From contig NC_087436.1 in NCBI RefSeq assembly GCF_036321535.1, forward strand, positions 16,554,001 to 16,618,000: 64,000 nucleotides of DNA, in the 5' to 3' direction. Of the stretch, positions 62,881 to 64,000 are shown one piece after another. The notes under the pieces were generated by a model. The model worked only from the letters and a program-made list of their open reading frames with translations. It made no database searches and was not told the DNA's origin. The stretch is from Camelus dromedarius. Its lineage: Eukaryota. Both the position numbers and the translations under genes were made by a program. Every line of letters begins with the position of its first letter. The stretch's first letter is position 1.

Positions 62881-63330
62881 TGTATCAGTCAGGGTTCTTG
62901 TGTCCAAGCAATAGAAGCAGACAGGCTGGTTTAAGCAGAAAAGGAAATGACTGAAGGCAACCGGTGCCTGGGTGAACTGTGAATGGCTGGAATCAGAGGC
63001 AGAATGAGGGAGGCAGCCTACAGGACCACAGATACAGTCACGTCACAGAAAGGGTCTGTCAGGGACACCACTGCCATTACTGAAGAGCTCTGGATGTCCC
63101 TTTCACCCAGCTGCTGTTGTTAGATAGACCCTCCGCCACCCTCCCCGACTCTTTGCGTCTTAAGTGCCGTATTCAGTATCTGTGATGGGGTAACCAGTTG
63201 ACCTACCTTGTCTGCCCATCTCCTAGCTGCAGGGGAGGCCAGGAAATAAATGAGCTGGCTTTTCTAGACTTCTAGAGGGAGAAGTGCCTCCCTCCAAAAC
63301 ACCACGGGGAGATCCAGATGCCAGGTGGAC
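62881..63330 (-). mobile_element. Old MLT1 (K/J-like) LTR
   Basis: tgtatcagtcagggttctt...caagcaatagaagc...tttaagcagaaaaggaa...ctagctgcaggggaggccaggaaa. Confidence 0.6.
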
Positions 63331-63794
63331 AAAAGTAATAGTTAAAAATGCCAGCAAATATCCACTAGGTTTAGTTTCTCAAATAATATAAAAAATAATA
63401 TTTTGTATCTATTTAACAAGTTTGCAGGCAGTACACCATGGTAATTTCAATATGGATTTTTAAGACTATTTGGATTATGTACAGAAAGATAAAGTATCTA
63501 AAACTGCAGTAAATTACCAAAATATGCAGAAAAATCAAAGAAGATACATTTGAATGGTAAAATTAGCTTCTGAGTCATAAGAGCTATTGCTAAGATAAGC
63601 TAGGAAAATGTAAATATCAAATAAAAATAACCTCTTTCAGCATTATGCTCACCTGCTTTTTGTTTGGATATTAATTTTTTAATTGTATAAGACTAGACCA
63701 TACATCTGTGTGTCCTTTGAGTGCAGGATAATGTCTACAAACTGGGAGGACAATTGGCAAACTCATAAAAATTCTGTAAACTTTCTAGCATTAA

Positions 63795-63990
63795 CAATTT
63801 TCCATTTATTTAGTACTTACTATGTGTTTGGCATTGTGTGGAGTACACACATTTCCTGGTCTTTACAAAGAACCCTTCAAGTCATACCCACTCTGTGGCT
63901 AAGAAAATTTAGATGCAGAGAAGCCAAGTAATTCGCTAAAGGACATGCAGCCAGTGAAAGCCGTAACCAGGGTTTTAATTCAGGTTTAAT
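63795..63990 (-). mobile_element. MIR SINE
   Basis: catttatttagtacttactatgtgt...ggcattgtg...aagtaattcgctaaaggacatgcagccagt...ccagggttttaattcagg. Confidence 0.65.
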
Positions 63991-64000
63991 GAAGGCAAAC

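Noticed and set aside
1..64000. CRISPR array, operon-like system, NUMT or rRNA
   Set aside because: No regularly spaced repeat-spacer structure, no prokaryotic gene density, and no mitochondrial or rRNA similarity that I could recognise.

Overview
Mammalian genomic DNA, most likely a camelid (a Vic-1-type tRNA-derived SINE at ~60.7 kb and young camelid-type L1 3' ends). The only protein-coding gene is the 5' part of DCLK2 (doublecortin-like kinase 2) on the minus strand: a CpG-island promoter/5'UTR (~38.0-39.5 kb), coding exon 1 (38100-38520, 421 nt), a 17.5-kb intron 1, exon 2 (20259-20593, 335 nt), and intron 2 running off the left edge. Positions >39.5 kb are upstream intergenic DNA. The rest is mostly interspersed repeats (L1, L2, MIR, MaLR/ERV LTRs, hAT-Charlie MERs, Tigger) and microsatellites. 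Repeat subfamily names are from recall of consensus sequences and need RepeatMasker/Dfam confirmation. I see no evidence of a new multi-gene system. The most unusual observations are: (1) a ~190-bp TIMM13 retrocopy with TSDs and a poly(A) remnant that appears to retain an intron 3' end; (2) (CCCTAA)2 at the 5' junction of a young L1, in the polarity expected for telomerase extension of L1 cDNA; (3) the DCLK2 exon1-exon2 junction recreates a near-consensus 5' splice site, with a long UG tract ending in AG just downstream of exon 2; (4) two uORFs and a G4 motif upstream of the DCLK2 ATG; (5) a solo ERV LTR co-oriented with DCLK2 about 13 kb upstream.
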